Shown one piece after another: positions 12,969 to 26,579 of a stretch of 64,000 bases of DNA (positions within the stretch are counted from its first letter, which is position 1; each line of letters begins with the position of its first letter). A program made the position numbers and the translations under genes. Source of the DNA: Lytechinus pictus (Eukaryota). The notes under the pieces are model-generated. The model did not search any database and was not told where the DNA came from. It saw only the letters and a list, made by a program, of their open reading frames with translations. The stretch lies in NCBI RefSeq assembly GCF_037042905.1, contig NC_087246.1, positions 7,566,001-7,630,000 on the forward strand, written 5' to 3'.

Positions 12969-13709
12969 AATATGTCTCTGTGTTCTGCATCTTACTGCAC
13001 TAATATACACTGAAAATTATGTGGAAAGACTTTTCAAATGTGTTTATACTCAACTTTTCTGTAAATAAGACAGATTTTCTCAGAATGTCATTCAGAAAAA
13101 AATTGAAAAGTGTAGTCCCGCATACTGCGGGAATATACCGTCCGCATTTCAGTTTGGTTTATATTTTGCAAAATATAAAAGACCTACATTTTAATATTCG
13201 AGAAGTAAGAAAGCATAAATGATATAATAGTACAATATTAAAATTCAATAGACATAAAAATATGGGAATATCAATTAACGTTGCAGATTTTTAGTGACGC
13301 ACAAATGGCATGAGGGAAAATAAAAGCACGTTTTGTTTCCTATAACGGTATAATTTGTTGTAGTATGGATATCATTAAAAAACACCGAGAGAGAAAATAA
13401 ATGTTTTAAAAACAGAAATTAAAAGTAGAGAAGGGAAAACTAAGGATGGGCTTGCGATGTCTAACAGAAACATGTTAAAACAGCTCTGTGATTGTTTTGT
13501 AGGCCACTGCCCTTTTTTTACAAGAAAACGATTTAAAATGTAAACACCAATGTGTGCAGCCACTAACCCTTTGAAACGAACAAGTTCGGGTCTACGTCGA
13601 AATACTTTCATAATTTAAACTGGATGGAAAAAAATAACTGAACGTTCTGTAATAAAAGTAATTTTTTATTTCCATATCATGATGGATCATGATGAATAAA
13701 TATTGATGT

Positions 13710-13916
13710 CACTGGCGGATCCATGGAGCACAGCTGGGCCGTGCAATTAAAATCTTAGCAAATATGCTAACTCAAGTGGGCCCCCTTTTTTAAAGCGAGA
13801 CCATTTTCTGCTTGCTAATTATTTTTGTGGACGAGTTAGTAGGCGGAAAACTTTTTTGCGTGTCATTTTTTAGGAAAATGTCCCCCCCCCCTTCGAAAAT
13901 CCTGGATCTGCCCCTG
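13710..13916. mobile_element. hAT-type MITE
   Basis: TIR CACTGGCGGATCCA / TGGATCTGCCCCTG. 8-bp TSD ATTGATGT / ATTAATGT. Confidence 0.82.
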
Positions 13917-14623
13917 ATTAATGTGATACGTTAAATGTAAATAAAACAATTATTGTTCAGTCTTTAGAGCAATACCTCAATGCAGCTAGTCAAAGTGGAT
14001 GCCAGGTGCCCAAAGGGTTTGACGTAAAATATGGGAAGCTGCCCCATTACATTTTATGCACTACAAAATGGTTCATAATTGTTAAAAAATATTTTAGGAG
14101 TGTCAGTGAAATGATTTGTCTCTTGATATATACTGAAGATAAATTTTTTTTTTTTTTTTGAGAATTACATTTCATTAATATTTTCTATATGGGAAAGCTG
14201 CTCGCAAATGACGTCATCATTTAAATATGAAAGTATAGCTTTTTAAATCTTAGATTGATTTCCTAAAACCCTTCCCAATATCATTTTATTTTTTCTGCTA
14301 TTCTGCAATGATTTTTAACTGAGGTTGAACTTCCCCTGTAATGAATTAAGTACAATTGGGATCAAGAGTGTGCTTCAAATTTGAATACTAATACAGCGAT
14401 TTGACATGAGAAGGCCGTCCATGAGAGTCCAGAAAAATAAGATATTCCAGCAAAAAGATTATCAATTTGGTGCAGACGATCTATCTATGATTTTAAGAAT
14501 GTAACCCTTTCTATCATTTTTATTTTCTTAGAACCTTTCTTAGTTAATCTATGTAGGGCTTACATGCGGGGGCTTTTTGATTTATTTATGGGTGTTTAAG
14601 ACTCTTAATTTTTACCTATACCA

Positions 14624-14957
14624 TTATGACCTCTGCCATTTTTACCTCTGCCATTTTTATCTCTGCCATTATTACCTCTGCAAATTTTTCCTCTGCCATT
14701 ATTACCTCTGCCATTTTTACTTCTGCCATTTTTACATTTGCCATTTTTACCTCTGCCATTTTTACCTTTGCCATTTTTACTTCTGCCATTTTTACCTCTG
14801 CCATTTTTATCTCTGCCATTATTACCTCTGCCATTTTTACGTCTGCCATTTTTACCTCTGCCATTTTTACCTTTGCCATTTTTACCTCTGCCATTTTTAC
14901 CTCTGCCATTATTACCTCTGCCATTTTTACGTCTGCCATTTTTACACCCAGCCACGG
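14624..14957. repeat. 15-bp tandem array (TTTTACCTCTGCCAT)n, probably one arm of a foldback-type TIR
   Basis: About 21 units, ending in CCCAGCCACGG. Confidence 0.9.
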
Positions 14958-14989
14958 TGCCCATGGTCCATGATTTGGTTTTAAGGATG

Positions 14990-17900
14990 GATAGTGGAGT
15001 GGCAATATCGGCAGTGAAAGCCCAAACTGTTGTCCAGAATCATGACGACAGGTTGGACGACTTGGAACAGTATTCCAGGAGGGACAATGTTGTACTACGG
15101 GTGTTCCTGAGAGTGAGGGTGAGGCAACGTAGCCAAGTCGGTAGGTGTCGAGGTGTCTGAATGATCACAGCACTAGTCATCGGTTGGGGAAGCCGCAGCC
15201 AAGCAAAACAAGGCAAATTGTTGCTCGATTTATACGTCGGGATCAACGCACCCTCCTACTGTGCAACAAAAATAAGCTGAAGGATGCATCAGATGAGGTC
15301 ATGAAGAACGTCATGATTGGTGAAAATTTGTCTCCTGGTCGTGCTAAGGTCTTGCAGGTCATCAAAAAGATGAGTCAATTGATAAGGTGTGGACTATCGA
15401 TGACAACATTCACTGCACAACACGAGCTGATGGAAAAAAGCATGTCATCGGTAATCCCCATGATCTCTTCAAGCGTCTGGATTGGAGCGATAATACGCTG
15501 AAAAATTCGGGTCTGTTTGTCCACATCTCAGAATAGGAAAAATCTGGCTCCCTTTCAACATCGGCGGAACTAGCTATTGTGAGTCTGAACGTTAATGGAT
15601 TGAAGAGTAAACTGAACTTACGTATTTAAAATCTATACCTAAAGAACTTTGATGTTATTTGTCTTTCGGAAACTAAAAGTGATATTCCTGAAATATCTCA
15701 ATCTATTCTACATGATTACGTCACGAGAGTTAAAGTATGCAGAAAAATATACATGCTCAATTTAAATATGGGGTTTTCATGGTATGTGTATTCTTATGAA
15801 AAAATAGATTTTTGAATTTTCTGAAAAAATCCAAGGTACAGTTTCTGAATCGATAATTTGGATGAAAATTTATAGCAATGTTTTTGGTTACGATTTCGTT
15901 TTGGCTGCAGTTTATTTACCTTGTGAAGGGTCTATACATCACTCTAATAACGTTTCGATAATTTTGTCCATGATATTTTTGTTTTCTGGGCGACTTTAAT
16001 GCAAGGACTGGTACAATCAATGACTTTTTAGATTCAAAAGGCAAGGTTTTGAACTTGACTGGATTTGAATTTTTTGATGAAGATGATGATGACAACGGTA
16101 TTCTTAAGGCATTGCAGGAATTTGGTATAAATACCAATCGCTATAATTATGATAAGCATGTGAACAATAATGGTAGTAAGCTTATTAATATTTGCCAGAA
16201 TTTTTATTTTAAAATAGTTAATGGAAGGTTTGGAGATGACAGAAATTTGGGGAACTACACATGCTTTAATAAAAACGGTGGTTGTAGTACAATTGATTAT
16301 GCTTTGGAATCTTTACCCACTCCTTTATCATGTTTGATTTTTGAATTGATACTTTTGATAAATGTTTATCTGATGTGCATTCTCCTATTATGATAATTCT
16401 GCAGTCTACCCGTTTTCAGGCACATTCGTCTGGGAGTGAATGAGAGTTTATACTTGTAAGTAATGAAGGTGTACATGTAAGTATGCCTGTAATGACTTTC
16501 AAATGGTCAAACAATGTCATAAAAGATTTTTCACAAAATATTAATGACTCAGTTTGTACTATTCAAAATAGCTTGGACTGCCTGATGGAAAATGTTAACC
16601 AAGAGGAACTTGACTTATTGTACTCGCAAGTCTGTAAGGTTTTTACGGATGCTGCTCAAGATGTTGGAGCATCTAAATGGAAACATCTCAAATCGTAAAA
16701 TCAAAGAAAGAGAAGTGTTGAGAATAAACTGTGTTTTAATGCAGAATGTAATGCAGCAAGGAGTGAGTATTTAAACATTAAGAACCGCATAAGAAGAAGG
16801 AAATTGAACCCTAAAATACACACTGATCTTGATAAAGCTAACATTATAAAAGGTTTTTAAGAGGAAAGAAAAGACAATATGAGAAAATTTAAATGACTCT
16901 CTTCGTTCTTTGAAGACAGATGATCCAAAGTCGTACTGAAAAGATTTGAATGTCAGTGAGAATAAGAAAAACTCTGGTGACAAAGTTTTGTTATCTTAAT
17001 TTGCAAATCACTTTCGCTCCTTAGGTAATAGTCTGTCTGAAAATGATATACCTTTAGTAGACCTTGTAACTAATACAAACGACGTATTGAATGCACCAAT
17101 TACAATACACGAAGTTGAAAAATGATTACGAATTTGACGAATGCTAAAGCCTGTGGAAAGGATTTGTTACGAAATGAATTTTTGAAAAGCTGTCCACGAA
17201 GCATGCTTAAGATTTTAGTAAAATTGTTCAATTTTGTTTTGAATAGTGGCTATGTCCCCACAGAATGCTGTATTGGAATAATTGTCCCCATCTATTAAAC
17301 AAGGTGCAATGAATCAAAAGATTACGCAGCTCCTCGAGGCTGAACAAATAATTGGGGAAGAGCAGGCTGGTTTTCGTTCAGGCTATTCAACGACTGACCA
17401 TAAGTGGTTGTAGACCGCCTCGAAGTTCACCAGTTCCAGGTATTCTCTGATCGGGAAATTTACCCCGATCAGACAATACCATGTATTTTGGCGGTCTGAA
17501 AGCAAACTACGCGTAATATCCGATAAATAGAAGGTACCTTGGCGAAATTACGTGAACTTTCGCGGGGATTTTTCCAAGGTCGTGGGTATTTTGGCGGTCT
17601 GAAAGCAAATTACGGGAACTTTTAGCCCAGCATGTCGTTGGGTGCGGCGCCGTGCATGGGTTGCTGCTGGGCTAGTGATTTTGAATCTCGCGCCTTGCCT
17701 GCTTATTAGACCATACTGCGCATGCTCCTAACTTCAGGAATTTATCCCGAAGTGTATGTTTCGGGGCGGTCTGAATGCAGGAATAATAAATGGGTATTTT
17801 TGAGCCTAAGAATGTTCTCGTAATTTAACGGGAATTCTTGTGATCGAGGCGGTTTGAAACCACCTCATGTGTTAGCTTTGAAGTCTATAATTGATGTTTG

Positions 17901-18525
17901 TGTTTAAGAAAAGAAACGTCTATACTGTGCTCTTTTCGATGATAAAAAAGCTTTTGATCAAATCGATATAACAATTTTATGGCTTAAACTATTTACTATT
18001 TATCAACAACATTTACAAATATGCAAGTCTTGTGTTACTGTAAATTGTAAATGTTATGAATTTTTACATGTAACATTTGGCGTTCGCAAAGGGGGGGGGG
18101 GGAACTTTCCCCCTTGTTATTTGCAATACACTTGAATGATTTTGAAGAGCATCTTAGCAGATTCTACGGTGGTCTTAGCTCTTTGGTGAATGACATACGT
18201 GGTACCTAGATGATGAGGATGTAGAAACCTTTGTTTAACTACACTGTCTTTTGTATGCAGAAAGTCCAGAAGAATTGCAAAAAGCATTAGACGGAGTAGA
18301 ATTATTGTAATACTTGGCAGTTCACTGTCAAGACAAACAACACCAAGATTGTTATTTTCTCAAAAGGAAAAGTTAGAAATGTACCTAGTTTCACTTTTAG
18401 TGGTGATGTGATTGATGTTGTAGATGATTTTGTATACCTTGGAATTCGATTCAATTATAATGGTAGTTTTGTGAAAGCAATATCAAAGCAAGTAACACAG
18501 GCCAGAAAGGCATTATACAGTGTAC
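14990..18525 (+). pseudogene. Degenerate two-ORF LINE (RTE-X-like)
   Basis: ORF1 remnants LDDLEQYSRRDN and HRLGK..RQIVARF. APE motifs SLNVNGLK, CLSETK, GDFNARTG and STIDY. RT motifs EEQAGFRSGYSTTDH and FVYLGI. Many stops and frameshifts. Confidence 0.8.
17402..17865. mobile_element. TIR MITE (Harbinger-like) inserted in the LINE RT
   Basis: TIR AAGTGGTTGTAGACCGCCTCGA / TCGAGGCGGTTTGAAACCACCT. CAT is duplicated, and removing the element restores the reading TTDHV. Confidence 0.85.
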
Positions 18526-18529
18526 TACC

Positions 18530-20297
18530 CTAACCATCTTATTCATGTTGAACAGGCACAAGAATATGATTGAGTCTTAATTATGAGGATTTCATTTATC
18601 TTGTTTTTGAAATGACAAGAACTGAAATAAAGAAATCTCTCTAAACTTTTATTTATTTATTATTTATCTGTTTCACTTAGGTGGTGTCTTGGCATTGCTG
18701 TTGTAGGCAAGTTGTTGATTGTACAGACTAAAGACGGAAAATGCTTTGGAAGACACTTGTCTTATGGCCCACTGCAATGATCGATGCCAGAGACATCATG
18801 AAAGAACTGCATATGTGTGAAATTGATGTCATTGTGTTTGATGGCATTCTGGACAGCTGTATATTGGCATTGCTATTGTCAGCAAGTTGTTGATTGTAGA
18901 GACTAAAGACAGAAAATGCTTTGGAAGCCACTTTTGTACGGGCACATTGCAATGATGCAAGAGACATGAAAGAACTACACGTGTGAAATTGATTTCATTG
19001 TACGTGTTTGATGTTTGGTGTCTTCCAAAGCAGATGTAGCCAGAGCCCTAGGGATGCTGGAAGCTGGCCTCAGTCAACGAATAGTAGCCAGAATGATGGG
19101 CGTGTCACACAGTGTCATTAGCAGAGCAAATCAAAGACACCGAGAGACAGGGCTATACTCCGAGAGACCCCGCAGTGGCCGACCAGTTTCGACAACCCCT
19201 AGAGATGATCGCTACTTGACGAATCTCAGCCTCCGCAACCGCTTTCACAGTGCACGCCGCCTCAACAATGACTTCGCTGCAGCAACTGGAGTGATTGTTT
19301 CCACTCAAACAATCCGTAACCGACCTCACAGAGCCAATATGCATGCCAGACGGCCAGCTCAGTGCGTCCCACTCGATCACCCCTTCTCACAGAAGAATTC
19401 GTCTCAACTGGGCCCGGGAGCATGTCAGATGGACCAGACAGCAATGTCGTAGAGTTCTGTTCACAGATGAGAGCAGATTTTCCCTTGACCACAATGATGG
19501 ACGTTCGAGAGTCTGGAGGCGACCAGGAGAGAGATTTGCAGACCCCTGTATTGCAGAACATAACCGTTATGGGGGAGGCAGCGTCATGGTGTGGGGAGGC
19601 ATCACCTACGCCAACCGTACTCGTCTCTACGTGGTCCCAGGGGGAGCAATGACAGGAGTGAGGTACAGGGATGAGGTCCTTGAACCTATAGTGGTGCCAT
19701 TTGCAGAAAAAGTGGGACAAAACATCATTTTCATGGATGACAATGCCCGTGCCCACCGAGCTAGGGTGGTGACCGAGTTCCTTGAGGGCCAGAGGATTGA
19801 GCGTATGGAGTGGCCAGCGAGGTCCCCGGACTTAAACCCGATAGAGCACGTCTGGGACATGATGGGGAGGAGTCCCGAGCAGCTCGAAGCCCATCCACTT
19901 GGACTGCAGCAGCTGGGTGTGGCTCTGGAGGCTGCATGGGATGCACTGGAAGTCAGAGACATCAATCGCCTCATCAGCTCCATGAGACAGCGCTGTGAAG
20001 CCGTTATTGCTGCAGGAGGTGGTCACACTCGTTACTGAACTGCCTGAAAGACACTCAGACATTCGTTTTTACCACTTCATGTCGGTAGCTGATACCCCCT
20101 CGGGGCCCACTTTTCAGGATGTGCAGTGATGCGAGAGACATTGTGCAACAACTGAAACCACCCATGCGTGAAATTGATTACAGCGTGTTTAAGGACATTT
20201 AGGACAGTTGTACTGATGTATTTCCAGAAATAAAACACCTTGTATAAAATGTTTATGTACGTTTTAAAAAGTGGTCCTTAACTTTTTTTGAGTAGTG
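18530..20297 (+). mobile_element. Tc1-family DNA transposon, left TIR missing
   Basis: Right TIR CCTTAACTTTTTTTGAGTAGTG followed by TA. A ~175-bp tandem duplication (18689/18864) lies upstream of the transposase. Left boundary approximate. Confidence 0.85.
19015..20038 (+). pseudogene. Tc1 transposase (HTH + DD34E), one frameshift near 19378
   Basis: RSGRP and HTH in ORF 19015-19452. FTDES, DDNARAH and WPARSPDLNPIE in ORF 19295-20038, with 34 residues between the second D and E. Confidence 0.93.
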
Positions 20298-20599
20298 TAT
20301 ATATATGACTTGCCCTTCAAAATGCCGTCTTCTTCACCCAAATTCAAATCGAATATAGCATAAGTTCAAAACTTCATATTTATAAAGATGCTAAATATTA
20401 AATTTGTAAAATGGCCATAACTTCCTTAAGTTTGTTTGCATTTTCGTTTTATATTATTATATTATATTTTCAGGGTTTACTAATCATGCCATCCCTCAAC
20501 ATTTTTTATGTCCAGCATAAATCGAACGGTTTTTACGCATCAATGTTGATAAGATTGCAGGGTCTTTGTTTTGTTGTTGTTGTGTTTTAAATGACTTTT

Positions 20600-20950
20600 A
20601 TAACTGGTTCTGGAGGAAAGACTAGGCTATATTTCCATGCTTTTAACATAAAGAGGATCATGGGGCTTTGCTTGCTTTTTTATTATTACTAATTTATCAT
20701 TATTATTCATCATTTCTTATTTGAAAGATCGGGGTCTGGAGAAAAGACTAAGCTCCATTCTCATTTCATTCCACTAGAATATCATTATCTTAGTTTGGGC
20801 TTATAATAATTTTATAACTACCGGGTCTGGAAAAAAGACGATGCACTTATATTATAATTTTGGAACCGGGTTTGGAAAAAAGACTTTGGACTTGCATTAT
20901 AATTTTTGAAACACCTGGGTCTGGAAAGAAGACTTGTGGACGTATATTAT
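20600..20950. repeat. Degenerate ~57-bp minisatellite (CCGGGTCTGGAAAAAAGACT family)
   Basis: Five to six diverged units; same family as 27415-27740. Confidence 0.8.
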
Positions 20951-20989
20951 TATTACATCCCCCGACTTATTCGTTGCATCCATTTGAGG

Positions 20990-23900
20990 AATGGAATCGC
21001 AAGGAAGAGCGAAATTGTGTTAATTGTGGAGGTAACTACTCAGCCGCCTTTAGAGGATGTGAAGAAGCAATTAAGGCAAAAGAAATCTTAAAGATTAAGG
21101 TTGTCAATAAAATGAACTATGCACAGGCGCTCAAAAATACAATGGGATGCAGCAAAATGACAAAAATCTTGATAATAATGCTAATAATGATAGCGCGCCC
21201 TAATATGCACAGGCTGTCAAACTAAACCCCAAAAGCGCTCAAAACACATTGGAAGCAAGGAAAGTCGACCGAACGAGATAACAATCGAGGCTGAAATTCA
21301 TGATGATTCATCTTCAAATCATGAATCCGCACAAGCAGATCTCCCTGGCCCAACCCTAGTAGGTAATAAAGTGAAACAGGTTGAAACTAATAGATATAGG
21401 CCAACCCCCCTGGCAAAAGAGAACTTCTTGATGTCAGCATCCAATGGTTTACTGACGGATGGTCTATCATCACTTGGTCTAATCATCAGATGGGCTAACA
21501 ACATTCGGGCTAAACCCACTTAGTCCAATTCTCTTTTGGTATAATGACCACTTGGTCTAATAGCCAATAAGTCTAATGACCACTTGGTCTAATAGCCACT
21601 TGGTCTAATGACCACTTGGTCTAATAGCCAATTGGTCTAATGAGCACGTGGTCTAATAGCCACTTGGTCTAATGCCCAGTTGGGCAATTGTCACTTGGTC
21701 TAATTTCCATTTGGTCTAATTGCCATTTTGTCTAATGTATTTTATTGTCACTTGGTCTAATACCAGTTCGTCTAATAGTCAGATGGTCTAATCCTCACTT
21801 GGTCTATTATTCATTTGGTCTATATTGCAGTTGGTCTAATGTGCAGTTGGTCTAATCCTCACTTGGTCCATTATTCAGTTTGTCTAATTTCCATTTCGGC
21901 CAATTTCCACTTGGTCTAATTTCCAGATAGTCTAACATTCATTTTGTCTACATGCCATTTGGTCTTATTTGTAAAGTCTGCATAGTAATTTGTTTTCAAT
22001 TTTCTGGTGAAATTTTTAAACTTTCCGCGCGCCTTCTTCGAATCTTCACATTCCCACTACGTTTATTTTCCTTTCTCCCTCTTTTTCTCCTTTTCCCCGT
22101 TTTTTTTTTTTGCCAGCCGATTGCCCCCCATGCCCCCCCCGTAGTTACGCCACTGCCGATAGACCTGTATAATATAGTGTTATCAAACTATATCTAACTG
22201 GTAGGTTATTTGCCTCCAAACTAGCTATTGAAATAACCATGGATAACTAATCAAAATATTCATTACAAAATTACATGATCTAATGGCTTTGTAGTTTTGG
22301 AATCCCCTGAACTGCATAACTAAGCTGCCGTCAAGTTCAAGTATCGTCCGTAATGGTGCATCACAATGATTTAAAAGAGGCATTTACCAAATACGTATCC
22401 ACACAATCAATTGCATTATATTTTCGTTCCTTTCTTATAATTTTATTCTGATGAAACCCCGCCATTCGACCATTATAAGCCACAAGGTCCCCAACATATT
22501 GTTCTGTATATGTGCATGCGGTGATGTAATGATTATGAGTATGATTTAATTTTATCATCATCTTATAATCGATATACAGGCCTACTTCTAAGAATTATTT
22601 GATTAGAATAATTCATTTGATGAGCGACTATCCCATCATCGATAGTCCTTCACGGTGAGGTTTTGCGCCCACAAGCCCTATCCCGGCTCCACCCTTCCGG
22701 ATCCTCGCGATATGTATTAACAGACTGATGCATGTGCCATATTTGCTAATTCTAGATAAAATAAATAATAATGAATGATGCTATATTAGAATAAATGGAC
22801 ATTAGACCAAACGAAAATTAGACTAAGTGACGATTAGCCCAAGTGGTCATTAGACCAATTGGCGATTAGACCAAGTGGTCATTAGACCAATTGGATATTA
22901 GACCAAGTGAAAATTAGACCAAACGGTCATTAGACCATGTGACAATTAGACAAAATGATAATTAGACCAAGTGGAAATTAGCCAAAGTGGAAGTTAGACC
23001 AAGTGGAAATTAGACCAAATGGTTTTAGCCCAACTGTTCATTAGACGAATTGGATATTAGACCAAGGGGGAATTAGACGAATTGGATATTAGACCAAGTG
23101 GAAATTAGCCCAACTTGTTATTAGCCCAAATGGAAATTAGACGAATTGCATATTAGACCAAGTGGGAAGTAGACGAATTGGATTTTAGACGAACTGGTTG
23201 TAGACGAAATGAGTTTAGACTAAGTGAAGTTGGACAAACTGATAAGTAGACCATGTGGTATTAGACCATCCGATGAGGATCTAGTTACTTTCTTTGTAAA
23301 ATTGTTTATGATTTTCTTCAAAGAACACTCAGAGGCCGAAGTTGTTACTCTCATTGAGTCCTCTGTTGAAAAACTTGTGGCTACCAATCCATCAAGAGCG
23401 AGCTAATTAATTCATTCATGGCTGCACTTTTAGTCCTACAATGGAATGCACAAAGTATGGTTGGACACGGTGATGAGTTAATAAAGTATTTAGAATGTAA
23501 TAGGGATACACCTTTCCACCTCATCTGCATTCGAGAAACGTGGTTTTTAGAGGAACATATACTCCACATCCCGAATTATAGCTGCTTCACTAGAAATAGA
23601 GATAAGCAGCGAGGTGGTGGATGTGCATTATATGTTCACGATTCTGTTCACTACGATTATCCTACAATACACGCAGATATAGAAATGCAATTGATAAATT
23701 TATATATGCATAATTTTACTTTATCCGTTGTCAGTTATTATAATCCTTGTTAGAGAATAGATGAAAACGTTCTAAATACTTTATTACGCCATGTTAAGGA
23801 CACTACGAAATTGTTATTATTAGGGGACTTTAACTCCTACAATACACTTTGGGGAAGCGATACAACAGATAACAATGGGCTCCTGATAGAAGACTTTCTT

Positions 23901-24199
23901 ATGCATCATGATTTGATGGTTCTTATGATGGCTCAGGTACAAGATTGAATCCTGTAACAGGAAACACCTCATGTTTAGATCTATCTATTATCTCCACTTC
24001 CTTAGCTATGAACTGCCAGTGGTACACCCTTCCTGAGAAATTTGGAAGTGATCACTTTCCGGTTATAACAGAAATATATACCGGTAAACAAATCTCGAAA
24101 CAAGACGAAGTCAGAGAGACTAAGTACAAATGGTCCCTGAAAGGTATGGGCTGGAAAATTTTCAGTGATATATGTAAGAAAAACTATAATAAATTTTAG
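20990..24199 (+). pseudogene. I/Nimb-type LINE relic (ORF1 end plus APE domain), split by a foldback element
   Basis: Zinc knuckle CVNCGGNYSAAFRGC. APE motifs LVLQWNAQS, RETW, YYNPC, GDFN, SCLDL and GSDHFP. Confidence 0.85.
21458..23270. mobile_element. Foldback-type element with long TIRs made of ~20-bp tandem repeats
   Basis: The left array of CACTTGGTCTAAT units (~21460-21965) mirrors the right array of ATTAGACCAAGTG units (~22795-23270). Termini GATGGTCTA / TAGACCATC, with CG on both flanks. Confidence 0.85.
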
Positions 24200-25499
24200 C
24201 GGTGTTTAATCGCTCAAATGATTTACAGTCGCAATTTGCACATTTTGTCGCGCGGTAGTTGCGCGGAGCGGCAGTTCTTATTGCGGCTGTGATAAGTACT
24301 TGCGGTCACCTAGATCACCTTCCCAAGAATTGACAGAGTCATGTGTTGGATAGTGACCATTGCAGATGTGAATATTATGTTTCTATTATGATTGGACTTT
24401 AAATTTTACCATATGATTATGAGGAACGGACTACAACATGAGTTTCATCGCTTGACCCGGATATGTCCTTTGAGTTATTTATCAACCGATGCCTAATTGA
24501 TTTTATATACCAATTACCATGATGATTTGTTTTCTGTTTATTTGCAGGTATATTTCGCTTCAATCGACATGCTTTAAAATGCCTTGTTCATATTTTTATA
24601 GTGATTTTGGTGATTTTATGTTGGGATGTTTCATTATATTCCTTTGCAGATATTTTTTATGTTACAGGATTGCATATTGATATGTGATTTTGGTTGATCA
24701 CTATGAGCAGTTTCATGATGTTTGTCATTAATTTTTGTGATGTATTTGGGTGACTGATTTTGCCAATTATGAGTGCTGTTGATTTTCTGGATGTGGTATG
24801 TTTTTATGATGTCATACTGCTGATGTTGATCTAACATTTACTCGTCCTTCAATATATGCCTACTTTGATGTTTGGGAAATAATTTCTGTTTTGTTCTGAT
24901 AATGATTAGAATTCTTGTGTTTTGAATAATGATGTATATGCCCTTGTTTTCAATCGTTGTATTTTCATGTATATCATGCATTATGCCTAGTAATGATATT
25001 GAGTGCTGTGTGTCAATTTCGTGTAGTTAAATAGTCATACGTTTTTAGTATACGTGGCTGTTTTTGTCTTTTATCCATTTCCTTTTTTGCAAGTATTTTG
25101 TGATTTCATTGTAATGGTATGGATCTGCTCATGATTCACTACTTTTTTGTGCTGTCTTTTTTATGATACACAGATATTTGCTATTTAGGGTGATGCTGTT
25201 AAGCTGTTTGTTTAGTCTATTCGTTAAGTGGATACTTTGCACTGAGAGATCATTGAGGTTTTGTTTTCATTATTAGAACCATTTGCCCTTATGCATCTTT
25301 TCCTTTTTCATGTGGGTTTATGGTTGTTTAATTTGTGTCGGAAATTGGTTTTTAGTGCACAGCATTAATTGAGCCTTGTATTTTGGAGTAGAATGGGTCG
25401 AATTTTTTTCTTTTGATAATTTGATGCCTCGATAGGGATAATAATTTGTTGTTTACACCTTTTTAAGCCCACAAATGTGGTTTTCCCATTCTTGATGAT

Positions 25500-26269
25500 C
25501 AGAGGCGTCGATCCTGGGGGGGGGGGGGGGCAATCGCCCCACCAATGAAAATATTGGGGGGGGGGGGGCAAACATATCGTTTTGCCCCCCCCCCCAATAA
25601 TTCCGCATGTGCAAAAACATAAAATAAAATTGTAATGTTACACAGAAATCAGCAAGCAAGATTGAGATAAGAAATTTGTTCTTTATATAAAATCATGCTC
25701 AAATGTCCGCTTTTTAAGATTGGAATATCAAATTTTCAGCTCGCGCTTCGCGCTCGCATTATTTTGGTAGCAAAACCCCATACTTTTCATAATTAAAAAG
25801 GTGAATAGAATGTCCCGTTTTCAGTTCTAAACATCAAAAATACTCTCGCTTCGATTTGCAATAATCTTTTGTTGGATATATATCTTGTTCTTTATTAAAA
25901 ACGTCCATTTAACTCAATTTTTTAAAATAGAAATATCAAAATTTTCGGCTCGCGCTTCGCGCTCGCATCTATTGTTGTTTTAGATACCGATCTTAATAAT
26001 TGGTACAAAAGATGGTTAAAATATCAAGCTTTCAGGTCAGAATATAATTTCAGCTCGCTCTCGGCACTCGCATTATATGTGTAGTGAGATATGTATCCTC
26101 CTCAAGAGTTACTACACACAGTTCTAAACAGGTCACTTTTTCCGGTTTTCAGGTCAGTATGCTACAAAAAAATTCAGCTCGCGCTTCGCGCTCGCATTAA
26201 TTGTTGCTTAATTTGTTAGTGAGATATGTGTCTCTTTCTCATGAGTCAAATACATACATACATACACAA

Positions 26270-26325
<56 letters not shown>

Positions 26326-26405
26326 TCTGCTTCGGCATAAGGAATTGAATAATCACAAAAGGTTTAGTAAATGCCGCGAAAATAAAATCGTAGATTTTAA
26401 AAGGA

Positions 26406-26455
<50 letters not shown>

Positions 26456-26579
26456 GCACACAAACATATATAGGCCTGTATATGTATGTGTGTGTGTGTG
26501 TGTGTGGGTTTGTTTGTTTTGAGTGATCGGGCTTTATGATTTTGCCTCCCCCAATATGAAAAATGGATCGACGCCCCTG
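25500..26579. mobile_element. hAT-type non-autonomous element containing (TA)n/(TG)n tracts
   Basis: TIR CAGAGGCGTCGATCC / GGATCGACGCCCCTG. Perfect 8-bp TSD TTGATGAT. Confidence 0.92.

Noticed and set aside
13008..13298. Possible CACTG/CACTA-terminated MITE
   Set aside because: The TIR match is short and there is no convincing TSD.
14577..15160. Repetitive ORFs in several frames (CHFYL, KNGRG, MAEVK, TSAIF)
   Set aside because: These are by-products of a stop-free 15-bp array; there is no evidence of coding.
19153..20062. Antisense and alternative-frame ORFs over the Tc1 transposase
   Set aside because: Shadow ORFs of a GC-richer coding region, with no recognisable motifs.
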